Below are positions 1 through 7,949 of a DNA stretch of 20,000 nt, piece by piece. The first letter of the stretch is position 1; the number at the start of each line of letters is the position of its first letter. A program made the translations under genes and the position numbers. This stretch comes from an uncultured virus (IMG/VR IMGVR_UViG_3300036987_000183). Its lineage: Duplodnaviria; Heunggongvirae; Uroviricota; Caudoviricetes. Location of the stretch: the IMG/VR virus record IMGVR_UViG_3300036987_000183. One strand, given 5' to 3'. The notes beneath the pieces were generated by a model. The model was not told where the DNA came from, did no database searches, and saw nothing but the letters and a program-made list of their open reading frames with translations.

Positions 1-268
1 TGGCGTGTGATCAGGTGGTTGTACCGGCAGAGAGGCAGCAAGTAAGAAAAGCAGATTGCGGTTTCAATTTCATTTTTATATATTACCCGAGGCAGAGGTA
101 TTAAGATATCAGACTTGAATTGACCAAGGTTCCGACCCCGCCCCTTGTTTCTGAGCTTTAAGAGGTTGTAGCTCTCCAAGGCATAGGTAGGTATGCTTCA
201 GCTGGATATCTCCTGTCAGATAGCTAATATAGGTTGTGAGGTATGGTAAATACTTTTTCGGTCACTCC

Positions 269-300
269 AGATCATTTTGTAAAAGACCACAAAATGATCT
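269..300. repeat. Perfect inverted repeat, 12-bp arms with 8-bp spacer (AGATCATTTTGT-aaaagacc-ACAAAATGATCT)
   Basis: Read directly. Extends imperfectly to about 258-311 (TCGGTCAC...GTGATCCGA). Confidence 0.9.
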
Positions 301-501
301 TTCGTGATCCGAGCCAATAAAACCTTGTAGCTATTTGAAATGTAAGGGTTATCTGGTAGCAGTAGTGACGTTGATTTGCTGCGTTAAGCGTCAATATCTG
401 CGTCAAGTTTTGAGTTGGTTCTGTAACTAGCTGATTTATATACCTAATAATACTCAGGCAATAGATTACTAATCAATTGCTTGAATTGAGGAGTGTCAAA
501 T

Positions 502-1719
502 ATGCTTTTTGAGTACGGTAAAAGACTTGATCAATTAGATTATGAAAGACTCTGGACTGAAAAGAATTGGTATTTCAGCGATGCCATTATCATGTTGACG
601 AGTTATGAGATGGAGATTAGAGGCTTTTATAGCTTGGATGACTCAAAGCTAACATATGCTAAGATCCATGGAAAGTATGAAAGCTATTTGTTAGAGAGTA
701 TGCTGGAAAAGTTGTTTGAGTATAATGACGGAGTAGATCCTGATCTAAAGGCAAGTTATGCCTCAGAAATTTCTGATCTGACCACAGTCAATCCAAGCCG
801 TTCAACTTTCAATAGGTATACATTCCTGAATTTCTTAGAAGCTAATTATCCAGGCAACATTGACATTGATAGGCTAAAGAGGTTTTTGTCAGGTGAAGAG
901 GCTCCATTAAACACCAAACCTCATGCATCAAAGGTAGAGGAGCAAAGCCGCATAGTCGTTCAAACTACCAATAGTGATTTGCTGAATAATCAAGGAAGCG
1001 TAGATAGCTCTGGTATAACACACATCAGAGGAACTGGTGCAGATGCATCACATACCTTAGGTGCAGCAGCTTTAGACGGTCATAAGTATTGTTTCGAAAG
1101 GATTACTCAGAGCTGGAAATTAAGGTTCATGGATATTGAGTTGAACGGCGTAAAAGATTTGGTTGGTATGGACTATATACAACTGCTGCTCAAAAACCCT
1201 GGGATTCCAATTGGTGTCTACGAGATACAATCCATGTTAAATCCTATAGGGATAAAGTCTCCTGAAGGTAGAAGAAGGCCAGAGCTTGAGATTTTTGAAG
1301 GTCACACGACTGCTAAATTAGACAATAATAATACCTCCAAGAATAAAGAGACCAGAAGCAGCAAATCCAAATCATTAGAGAACTTAAAAAGAAGGCTCCA
1401 AAAGTTGTCACAAGAAAGAAACGAGCTTGATTCAGACTATGATCATATTGAAATTGAAGCAATTGATAACGAATACGCCAAGATAGAAGCCGCAGTGGAT
1501 AATATCCTCTATGCAAAGAATGATGATCCAGAAATAAAAAATAACCGTGACAAGGTTGCCAAAGCTATTAAAGCTGCCATAAAAAATATTAGTGGCCTCA
1601 AAACAACGGATGGCCAACCCAGTACACCTCTCAGCAACTTCTTGACCCAACATATTAAAACTGCAAGTGAATGTGTATACAACCCTCCAACAATAAACCC
1701 TCCTGATTGGTCATTCTAG
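502..1719 (+). CDS. Hypothetical protein, putative DNA-binding/transcription regulator-like C-terminal domain
   Basis: Long ORF. GAGGAG at 488-493 favours the ATG at 502. The C-terminal half (GMDYIQLLLKNPG...coiled coil...RDKVAKAIKAAI...FLTQHIKTASECVY) resembles, from memory, the C-terminal domain of large ATPase-type transcriptional regulators. Function uncertain. Confidence 0.6.
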   Translation: MLFEYGKRLDQLDYERLWTEKNWYFSDAIIMLTSYEMEIRGFYSLDDSKLTYAKIHGKYESYLLESMLEKLFEYNDGVDPDLKASYASEISDLTTVNPSRSTFNRYTFLNFLEANYPGNIDIDRLKRFLSGEEAPLNTKPHASKVEEQSRIVVQTTNSDLLNNQGSVDSSGITHIRGTGADASHTLGAAALDGHKYCFERITQSWKLRFMDIELNGVKDLVGMDYIQLLLKNPGIPIGVYEIQSMLNPIGIKSPEGRRRPELEIFEGHTTAKLDNNNTSKNKETRSSKSKSLENLKRRLQKLSQERNELDSDYDHIEIEAIDNEYAKIEAAVDNILYAKNDDPEIKNNRDKVAKAIKAAIKNISGLKTTDGQPSTPLSNFLTQHIKTASECVYNPPTINPPDWSF

Positions 1720-1869
1720 TATTATCAATGCAAGCGACGACCTTAAAAGTCGTCAAACGAAAATATAACTCGTCCTTATAAGGTAGAGGCAGAGCGAAGC
1801 AAACGACAGCATCCATGGCAGTCTGTCAGTGCAAGCCGAACCTACTATACTTCTAAGGAGATAACACAG

Positions 1870-2265
1870 ATGGACAACAAACTCAAAACACTCACCTTCC
1901 CCCAGACCAGAAACGCATTACTGCTTTACGAAGCAGTCGCCATTGCACTCGAAGACGCAGGGTTCATGGATGACAACAAGAAGATCAACAAGGCCATCGA
2001 GGCCCTGACGCCTAAGGACGATGTTACCAAGGTCCTGAAGCAGCTTCAGGGGTATGGCTACAGAGACTATCTCGTGGAAAAGGAAGCAGGCCGAGCCGTG
2101 GACTCTGCCGAGGCGAAAGCCGCTCACATCAAAGATTACGTCTCTGCCAGGTTCAAGAAGCACATGTCCAACCCGAAAACAGGTGTTAAGGCAACCAAGA
2201 TGTATAACGATGCTTACCCTTCCGTCGTAGCTGAAAACCCTTCTGATGACACTCCAACGGCATAA
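1870..2265 (+). CDS. Hypothetical protein (131 aa, helical)
   Basis: TAAGGAG RBS before ATG 1870 and protein-like composition. No family recognised. Confidence 0.8.
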   Translation: MDNKLKTLTFPQTRNALLLYEAVAIALEDAGFMDDNKKINKAIEALTPKDDVTKVLKQLQGYGYRDYLVEKEAGRAVDSAEAKAAHIKDYVSARFKKHMSNPKTGVKATKMYNDAYPSVVAENPSDDTPTA

Positions 2266-2350
2266 GGTTGTCATTACTACATTGCCTACATAACCACCAA
2301 CACTGAGAGGGGCTTGTCCCCTCTCTCTACCTATGATTAAGGAGAATAAA

Positions 2351-2685
2351 GTGAGAGAACTATTACCAAATACTTTGGCGAGCGTAGCAACGATGCTCTG
2401 ATCATTCATAGAGATGGCAAGGACTGGGTATCGTCCAGAAGCCTTTGTGACCTCATGGGAGTGGTTGATGAGTATTATTTGGTATTCGACCAAAGAACGT
2501 GGCCTGAGGTGAACCTTACCGAGGAGGGCAAGTGTAAGTTCACTGCTGAGGGAGCACATCTACCCTGTCCAATTTGGTTCGTTTCGGAGACTGGCTTCTG
2601 GAAGATAGTTGCAAAGTCAAACTCTTCCTGGCCAGCGAGGTTCCGTGCATCATTCCTGCCGACAGTATTCGAAGGTGGACTTTAA
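2351..2685 (+). pseudogene. Bro-N domain protein, frameshifted just after the start codon
   Basis: Frame 1 is open from 2350 to 2685 and reads RTITKYFGE..ALIIHRDGKDWVSSRSLCDLMG...IWFVSETGFWKIVAKSNSSWPARFRASFLPTV, matching the Bro-N pattern (dGepWf..kDvc..LG; isEsGly.li..S.kp.A..F). The RBS AAGGAG (2339-2344) and GTG (2351) are in frame 2, offset within GTGAGAGA. Confidence 0.65.
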
Positions 2686-2716
2686 GTGTCCTGAAGTATC
2701 AATACTTTGAACGTGA

Positions 2717-2750
2717 CGAAGGGGGGGAGGATTACGCTCTCCCCTTTTGT
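2717..2750 (+). promoter_or_regulatory. Hairpin immediately upstream of the polymerase RBS (possible terminator/attenuator)
   Basis: The ACGAAGGGGGGGAG and CTCTCCCCTTTTGT arms pair over about 14 bp with G-U pairs around a GATTACG loop. GGAG and ATG 2764 follow. Confidence 0.55.
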
Positions 2751-2763
2751 ATACGGAGCCACC

Positions 2764-4437
2764 ATGAAACCAAAATACTCAGAATATGACAATTACAGAT
2801 GGATCAATTGTAACCGATGGAGTACCGCTAAGGAGGTGGAGGCTTTAGTTGAATATCTGGTACAGGGGATTGCTTCAAGGAAGGGGCATGGCTACCGGAT
2901 CAATATGACCGCCCTGGTGTTGGACCTCTACCAATCATATTTGTGCGACCCAGAACAGTATCTGGCCTATAGTCGGCGTGAAGTTAGTTATCTTAATGTC
3001 GGCAGTGACCACCCCTATATAAAGAATCACAACATCAAATATCAGTACTTATTGAAGTGCGTCGATTACCTCTATGGTGATGGTTTGATTGAGAATCATG
3101 AAGGTGGCTATTTCCGCGATGATAAATCGAATAAGATTATCTCTTTTGCCAGTAGGATAAGACCGCTTAAAAGTCTTATGTCTGTGGTTGAGGAGTATGG
3201 GGTCACTCCTGAGATGATAGACGACTTTGCGCCACTGGATGTAATAATACTTAGGGGCAAAGAGGACGAAAAAACTGGTATAAAACCTGAGAAGAGGTAC
3301 CCCAGGAACAAAGTTACGACCAGGATGGTGACGCTGATACGCCAGTACAACTCATTGCTTGAACGGTCTCAGATTGATGTTGACATTGAATGTCTAACGG
3401 ATAAAGACCGTGATGAGCTGGTTAAGAAGCTGGCAGATATTGACGGTCTTAAGCGCATTGTTCTGCGTTTGTCAAACAAATCAGTTTATCGGGTATTCAA
3501 CAATGGCAGTATGGAACAAGGTGGCCGGTACTATAAGGCTTGGTGGATTAGTGCGCCTAGCACAATCAGAAAGTATATTACCATCCAGGGTGATCCTACT
3601 GTAGAGCTGGACTTCTCAGCCATGCACGTCCATTTGCTTTATGCGGTCAAAGGTGTCAACTATGCTGATAAAAAGGAAGATGCCTATACCTTAGCTTCAG
3701 GAGCGCACACTCTTGCAAATCCAAAAGATGATCGGGCCTTAAACAAGCTCATACTCTTGACAGCATTCAACGCTAAGTCGTCAGAGTCAGCAGCTTCAGC
3801 CGTTTATGATGATCTAAGGACAGAAGGCAAGCTATATCGGTACAGCATTCAAAACCATGATCGTATCAATGCCAAGCTCTCACTGTTGAAACAAAAGCAC
3901 CCTGTCATATCTGATATGATAGCTGATGACTACGGCCTAAAGCTCCAATACTATGATTCTAATGTGATCGAGAGGGTGATTGATCATTTTACCGCTATAG
4001 GAATCCCGGTGCTAACCGTTCATGATTCAGTTATATGTCAGGCTCAACATGAAGAGCTAGTTAGAAATGTGATGGTCCGATACTTCTATCAGGTAGTCGA
4101 AAATCTCTTAGCTCTCAGCATTAGACCAACACCTTTGTACTCAAGAGCAGGATTCATCCTAAGTCATCTAAATAGCATCAGGTCATATAGGACCGGAAGC
4201 ATAAGGCTTCCGTTAGCGTCTAAGCTCAATATTGTGAATCCTTCAAGATATCATGGACGTATAACTGATACTATAGCTAACAGTTTGATCGTTAAGAGTA
4301 CAGGTAGAGCCAATATTTGCTCTAAGAAGTGTAGTCATCATGCTAGACAAGAGCATAAACTAAAGTATATACCGAGCATAAAACTAGAGCTACAGGAGCT
4401 AACAGAAGCAGGAATCAGCATACTAAGGATTAAATGA
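2764..4437 (+). CDS. Divergent family-A DNA polymerase / T7-like RNA polymerase superfamily protein (palm-fingers core)
   Basis: Ordered motifs: GGRYY (cf. T7 RNAP DWRGRVY, PolA TGRL), motif A VELDFSAMH, DAY, motif B R..NK..L.AFNA, LQYYDS, motif C LTVHDS. No exonuclease motifs recognised. Start placed at ATG 2764 after GGAG. Confidence 0.75.
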   Translation: MKPKYSEYDNYRWINCNRWSTAKEVEALVEYLVQGIASRKGHGYRINMTALVLDLYQSYLCDPEQYLAYSRREVSYLNVGSDHPYIKNHNIKYQYLLKCVDYLYGDGLIENHEGGYFRDDKSNKIISFASRIRPLKSLMSVVEEYGVTPEMIDDFAPLDVIILRGKEDEKTGIKPEKRYPRNKVTTRMVTLIRQYNSLLERSQIDVDIECLTDKDRDELVKKLADIDGLKRIVLRLSNKSVYRVFNNGSMEQGGRYYKAWWISAPSTIRKYITIQGDPTVELDFSAMHVHLLYAVKGVNYADKKEDAYTLASGAHTLANPKDDRALNKLILLTAFNAKSSESAASAVYDDLRTEGKLYRYSIQNHDRINAKLSLLKQKHPVISDMIADDYGLKLQYYDSNVIERVIDHFTAIGIPVLTVHDSVICQAQHEELVRNVMVRYFYQVVENLLALSIRPTPLYSRAGFILSHLNSIRSYRTGSIRLPLASKLNIVNPSRYHGRITDTIANSLIVKSTGRANICSKKCSHHARQEHKLKYIPSIKLELQELTEAGISILRIK

Positions 4438-4446
4438 GCTCTAGAG

Positions 4447-4466
4447 GAGTAAGGCAGGCCTTACTC
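4447..4466. repeat. Perfect hairpin GAGTAAGG-cagg-CCTTACTC after the polymerase stop codon
   Basis: Read directly. It has no U-tract, so it is not a classic intrinsic terminator. Confidence 0.7.
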
Positions 4467-5208
4467 TGAACTATAGAGCTATATATACGATGATAATACA
4501 AGAGAGCAATCTACTGGATAATATAGAACTAGACACTAAGTCACCCCCCCCTCTCTCTATAACTAGCGGAGATTCGCGCTAAACCACCGAATTTAAACGG
4601 AAAGCGACTAAACTCTGTTTTGGTTCGAGAGTCGCCGCCGGTTCGCGCCGGGCCGGTTCATCCCGCGCAAGAATAGAACCTGCTAGCCGGTGTTTACTTG
4701 AAGGTGGTAGTTCTAGTAGGTCGAGCAGTAAAGTCTGACTGTAAGCCTGATCTGAGCGCCTGACTAACGGAATTAAGGGTGAAAAGGTCCTGTCATTTCA
4801 AAAAAGACTTAACCTCTATATACTAAGTCTGAGCTAGATTTAAATTGAACGTCTAGTGTCACCACTCTCACCGAAATAATAGCAATCCATTCCGACCTAT
4901 CCCCGACCCCGCTTTGATTCCGAGACCATCCCTACTTAGACCAGGAGCAACCATGTCATTGCGGCAATCATGGATCGTGAAGAGTTTTTTGAAAAGACTT
5001 GGTTGGAAGGTAATGCGGTAATGCTCAGTTTTCTTCCTGTAAATAGCATTTCATGACCAGTTGCTAGATAAACCATTGTATATTATGGTGTTAGATGATT
5101 TCAGCCCAGGACCTGGGGGGAAGTGCACTTGCCACCAAAGAAAGTAACTCTACCATATGGTAAATAACATCTAATCATTTCTGTCAACAGTCAAAAACCT
5201 GCTAGATA

Positions 5209-5553
5209 TCATTTCACTCGCTTATTCACATTCCCTACCAGCTTCAAGATGCATCCCCGAAGCTCACCATTCTTGATTCTTCTATACGCCTGTAGTAGCT
5301 GATCCTCTTCACCTGTGAGTCTGACAGACTGGATAGGTGCCGTAGTAAAGAAATCTGATACCGATACCTTAAGAGCATTTGCTATCTGCTGGAACTTAAG
5401 GATATTAAGCGTAGTCTGACCATTCTCGTATTTCTGTATCTGCTGAAAAGTAACACCTACCATCTCAGCAAGCTTCTCTTGAGAAAGACCGGCTTGCTGC
5501 CTTAACAGCTTGATCTTCATACCCAAATCTATAGAGCTGACCATATCACCCAT
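5209..5553 (-). CDS. XRE/Cro-C1 family helix-turn-helix transcriptional regulator
   Basis: LGMKIKLLRQQAGLSQEKLAEMVGVTFQQIQKYENG is a canonical HTH_3 motif. Confidence 0.95.
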   Translation of the reverse strand: MGDMVSSIDLGMKIKLLRQQAGLSQEKLAEMVGVTFQQIQKYENGQTTLNILKFQQIANALKVSVSDFFTTAPIQSVRLTGEEDQLLQAYRRIKNGELRGCILKLVGNVNKRVK

Positions 5554-5578
5554 AGCGCACCATCCTTGTCGGAAGATT

Positions 5579-5593
5579 ACAACTATGAGTTGT
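5579..5593. promoter_or_regulatory. Palindrome ACAACT-atg-AGTTGT upstream of the XRE gene, candidate autoregulatory operator
   Basis: 6-3-6 dyad about 25 bp upstream of the XRE start. Function inferred from position. Confidence 0.4.
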
Positions 5594-5825
5594 GTAGCGC
5601 CATGGATTCACACTAGAAATGATATAACTTGAAAGTACAAACTCTTGGTGGTATAAAAAGCAGGTTATAAATCCATCTTAATATAGTTGAATGGCAACTT
5701 TATGGGAAATTTGCTGACCTGCTAAACAGGGACCAGAAAGCCCACGTCGATAGCATGAAGCTATAGGTTTCGGCTTTTTCTATATGGGATGTCAGATAAA
5801 GTGTCATGGGCCTTAAGGGGTTAGT

Positions 5826-5966
5826 GTGCGCGACCTTATAAACGGAATTGGTTGTTTAATTGCTTTCGTAGCTATTGTTATGGCTATTGCCAGTATACCC
5901 CTCTTAGGACCAATACCAGTTACTGTCGTATTTTTCATAGGCTGTGCGTTGTATAGATCTAGGTGA
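5826..5966 (+). CDS. Small membrane protein (46 aa, two hydrophobic segments); not in the ORF track
   Basis: AAGGGG, then GTG. Translation: MRDLINGIGCLIAFVAIVMAIASIPLLGPIPVTVVFFIGCALYRSR*. Confidence 0.6.
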   Translation: MRDLINGIGCLIAFVAIVMAIASIPLLGPIPVTVVFFIGCALYRSR

Positions 5967-6000
5967 TGTGTCCTAAAATCAATCAAATGTGGAGGAGAGC

Positions 6001-6876
6001 ATGGCTTTAATATTATGTGGCGAGTGTGGCAAAACCATATCTGACAAAGCACATTCATGTCCTGGATGTGGTTACCCATTGCAACCGTCAGATGCAAATC
6101 GAACCATGCAAATCGATTTAAAGACTTTTAGCAAGGAACAATTATGGGCCAAAGCGTACAATATGCAGTACAAATACAAAGACAAAAAGGCTGATATCCC
6201 AACCGCTATTGAAATATATAATTATATCATTGAACATTTTAATGGTAGTAAAGAATCTGATAATGCGAAAGTTCAGTTAAATATATTAACAACACAATCC
6301 CCAAGAACACAGACTGTGGCTAGTGATAGTGCACCTGAAATCAGCAAATCTATAGATATTCAAAAAAACAACCAAAGCCTCAAAGAATATTACAAAATAC
6401 TCGGTCTTGAAGAAAGTGCAAGCATTGAAGAAGTAACGTCTGCATATAATGAATTATCAGACAAGTGGAATCCCATAAAATATGAAGTCCATGAACGGAG
6501 CATGTTATCCTTTGCCGAGCATGAGTTTAAGGAAATTCATGATGCATATAATAGAATAAACCAACAGCTAACAGGAGACTATCAAGGAAGTAATATTGTA
6601 GAAGATGAAGTAGATAACAATGATAGTAAAAGCAGTAGCCCTATATTTGCATTAGTGTCAGTAGTAACAGCAATATTTGCAATAATTATTTTGTATCAAT
6701 TATTTTATGGAGGCCATGGCGGCCTAGGATCACAATATTATAAAGGGAATATTGATGCTTTTGTTAATGACAATGTCGAAAGGGTAAACTCGATCTCAAC
6801 TGTTATTAAAATATTTGCAGTTCTTTTCGGAATGTGGTTTGTAATGTTAATTTCAAGAATTGTCTGTAAGAAATAA
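6001..6876 (+). CDS. Zinc-ribbon + degenerate J (DnaJ-like) domain membrane protein
   Basis: N-terminal CxxC..CxxC (CGECGKTISDKAHSCPGCG). YYKILGL..SAS.EEV..AY..L..KWNP...FKEIHDAY is J-domain-like. Two C-terminal TM segments. GGAGGAG RBS before ATG 6001. Confidence 0.85.
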   Translation: MALILCGECGKTISDKAHSCPGCGYPLQPSDANRTMQIDLKTFSKEQLWAKAYNMQYKYKDKKADIPTAIEIYNYIIEHFNGSKESDNAKVQLNILTTQSPRTQTVASDSAPEISKSIDIQKNNQSLKEYYKILGLEESASIEEVTSAYNELSDKWNPIKYEVHERSMLSFAEHEFKEIHDAYNRINQQLTGDYQGSNIVEDEVDNNDSKSSSPIFALVSVVTAIFAIIILYQLFYGGHGGLGSQYYKGNIDAFVNDNVERVNSISTVIKIFAVLFGMWFVMLISRIVCKK

Positions 6877-6956
6877 TGCTAATTGTTATATTAACATATT
6901 GATTGCTAGAACACTCGGATTAAACAACTGACAACTTTAAAGATAATGGGGAGGGT

Positions 6957-7058
6957 ATGGGTGCAGCGCTTGGAACGATATTCGGTAATTGGTTGTTTGG
7001 AAGAGCATCTATAGTTATCTGTGTTATTGCGCTTGTAATGGTCTTAGGAAATAAATGA
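6957..7058 (+). CDS. Small hydrophobic peptide (33 aa); not in the ORF track
   Basis: GGGGAGGG before ATG. Translation: MGAALGTIFGNWLFGRASIVICVIALVMVLGNK*. Confidence 0.45.
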   Translation: MGAALGTIFGNWLFGRASIVICVIALVMVLGNK

Positions 7059-7145
7059 TGGTTATTGCTGTATTGATTTATATTGTCATTTGAAAAGTCT
7101 TAATAAGACAAACTTAGGTCATAGAATAAACTATTGGGGGTACTC

Positions 7146-7949
7146 ATGCTTAAAACAGAAATCACTACGATTACTTTAATTGTTGCAATTCTTACCTGTT
7201 GTGGGTGCGATGGTTCTGGAGTATTTGGAAATAGTGTGAAATCCACACTCGCCAAAGAAATGCCAAAATATGACCACGATATAGTTAAAATAAAAACTGT
7301 TGAACCAGTAGTAGGTTATGATGATTGTTATAAAATAAGCGCTGAAGTGACATCATCCGCTATGAGGATAGGTGGTGTACCAATGCAGGATTATGTTGTG
7401 AAACTCAAAGACAATAAAATTGAAAAAGGGACTTATATAACTGGTGGTCTACTTGAAACAACCTCAGAACTTGTATGCAAGGATAGCGACAAAAGTGTCA
7501 TGCCTCAAGAGCCATCTTCAACTTCACACAAAGAGCTAAACTATAGCATTAAGTTTCCTGATGGGTGGAAAGTTGAGAGACCGAATAGCGAAGTTGATTC
7601 CATAGTTGCATATAGTAAAGAACTAGAATCCATGTACACAGTGAGTAGATTGGGCAGATATAGTGACGCACAAGATATTTCTTTAGCCAGAGCACAGGCA
7701 TTAGGAGACAATAGATTAGAAAATATGCGACATACATACCCAGATGCAAAATTGCGTAGTGCCGATGTTATTCGAAATTTAAACGGACGTGAGGCAATGA
7801 TATTAACATATCAACTTAACACAAGATATAATGAAATAAATATCTTAGTGCCTACTCGGGAGTATACATATCAAATAAGTTTTATAGGACCGATGAGTGT
7901 ATTAAAAGCTACTTCCAATACAGTGCAAAGTTTTAAAATACTACAATAA
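7146..7949 (+). CDS. Putative lipoprotein with C-terminal PsbP/Mog1-like domain
   Basis: Hydrophobic signal ending LTCCGC (lipobox-like). YSIKFPDGWKVE...LNGREAMILTY...TYQISF...VQSFKI fits a PsbP-related fold. Confidence 0.7.
   Translation: MLKTEITTITLIVAILTCCGCDGSGVFGNSVKSTLAKEMPKYDHDIVKIKTVEPVVGYDDCYKISAEVTSSAMRIGGVPMQDYVVKLKDNKIEKGTYITGGLLETTSELVCKDSDKSVMPQEPSSTSHKELNYSIKFPDGWKVERPNSEVDSIVAYSKELESMYTVSRLGRYSDAQDISLARAQALGDNRLENMRHTYPDAKLRSADVIRNLNGREAMILTYQLNTRYNEINILVPTREYTYQISFIGPMSVLKATSNTVQSFKILQ

Noticed and set aside
1..45. Possible 3' end of an upstream CDS (WRVIRWLYRQRGSK*)
   Set aside because: Only 14 codons are visible, too little to support or name.
1313..2559. Minus-strand ORFs 1313-1516, 1432-1653 and 1918-2559
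   Set aside because: Antisense shadows of better-supported plus-strand genes, with no motifs.
2574..3604. ORFs 2574-2789, 3108-3350, 3410-3604 and the TTG start at 2707
   Set aside because: They overlap Bro-N or the polymerase in other frames. The 2707 extension runs through a hairpin and lacks an RBS, whereas ATG 2764 has one.
2764..4437. Reverse transcriptase/retron or PolB interpretation of the polymerase
   Set aside because: No YxDD or YGDTDS motif. The motifs fit the PolA/T7 RNAP superfamily.
132..4912. CCGACCCCGC at 132-141 and 4903-4912
   Set aside because: A 10-bp match can occur by chance in 20 kb, and there is no extended similarity.
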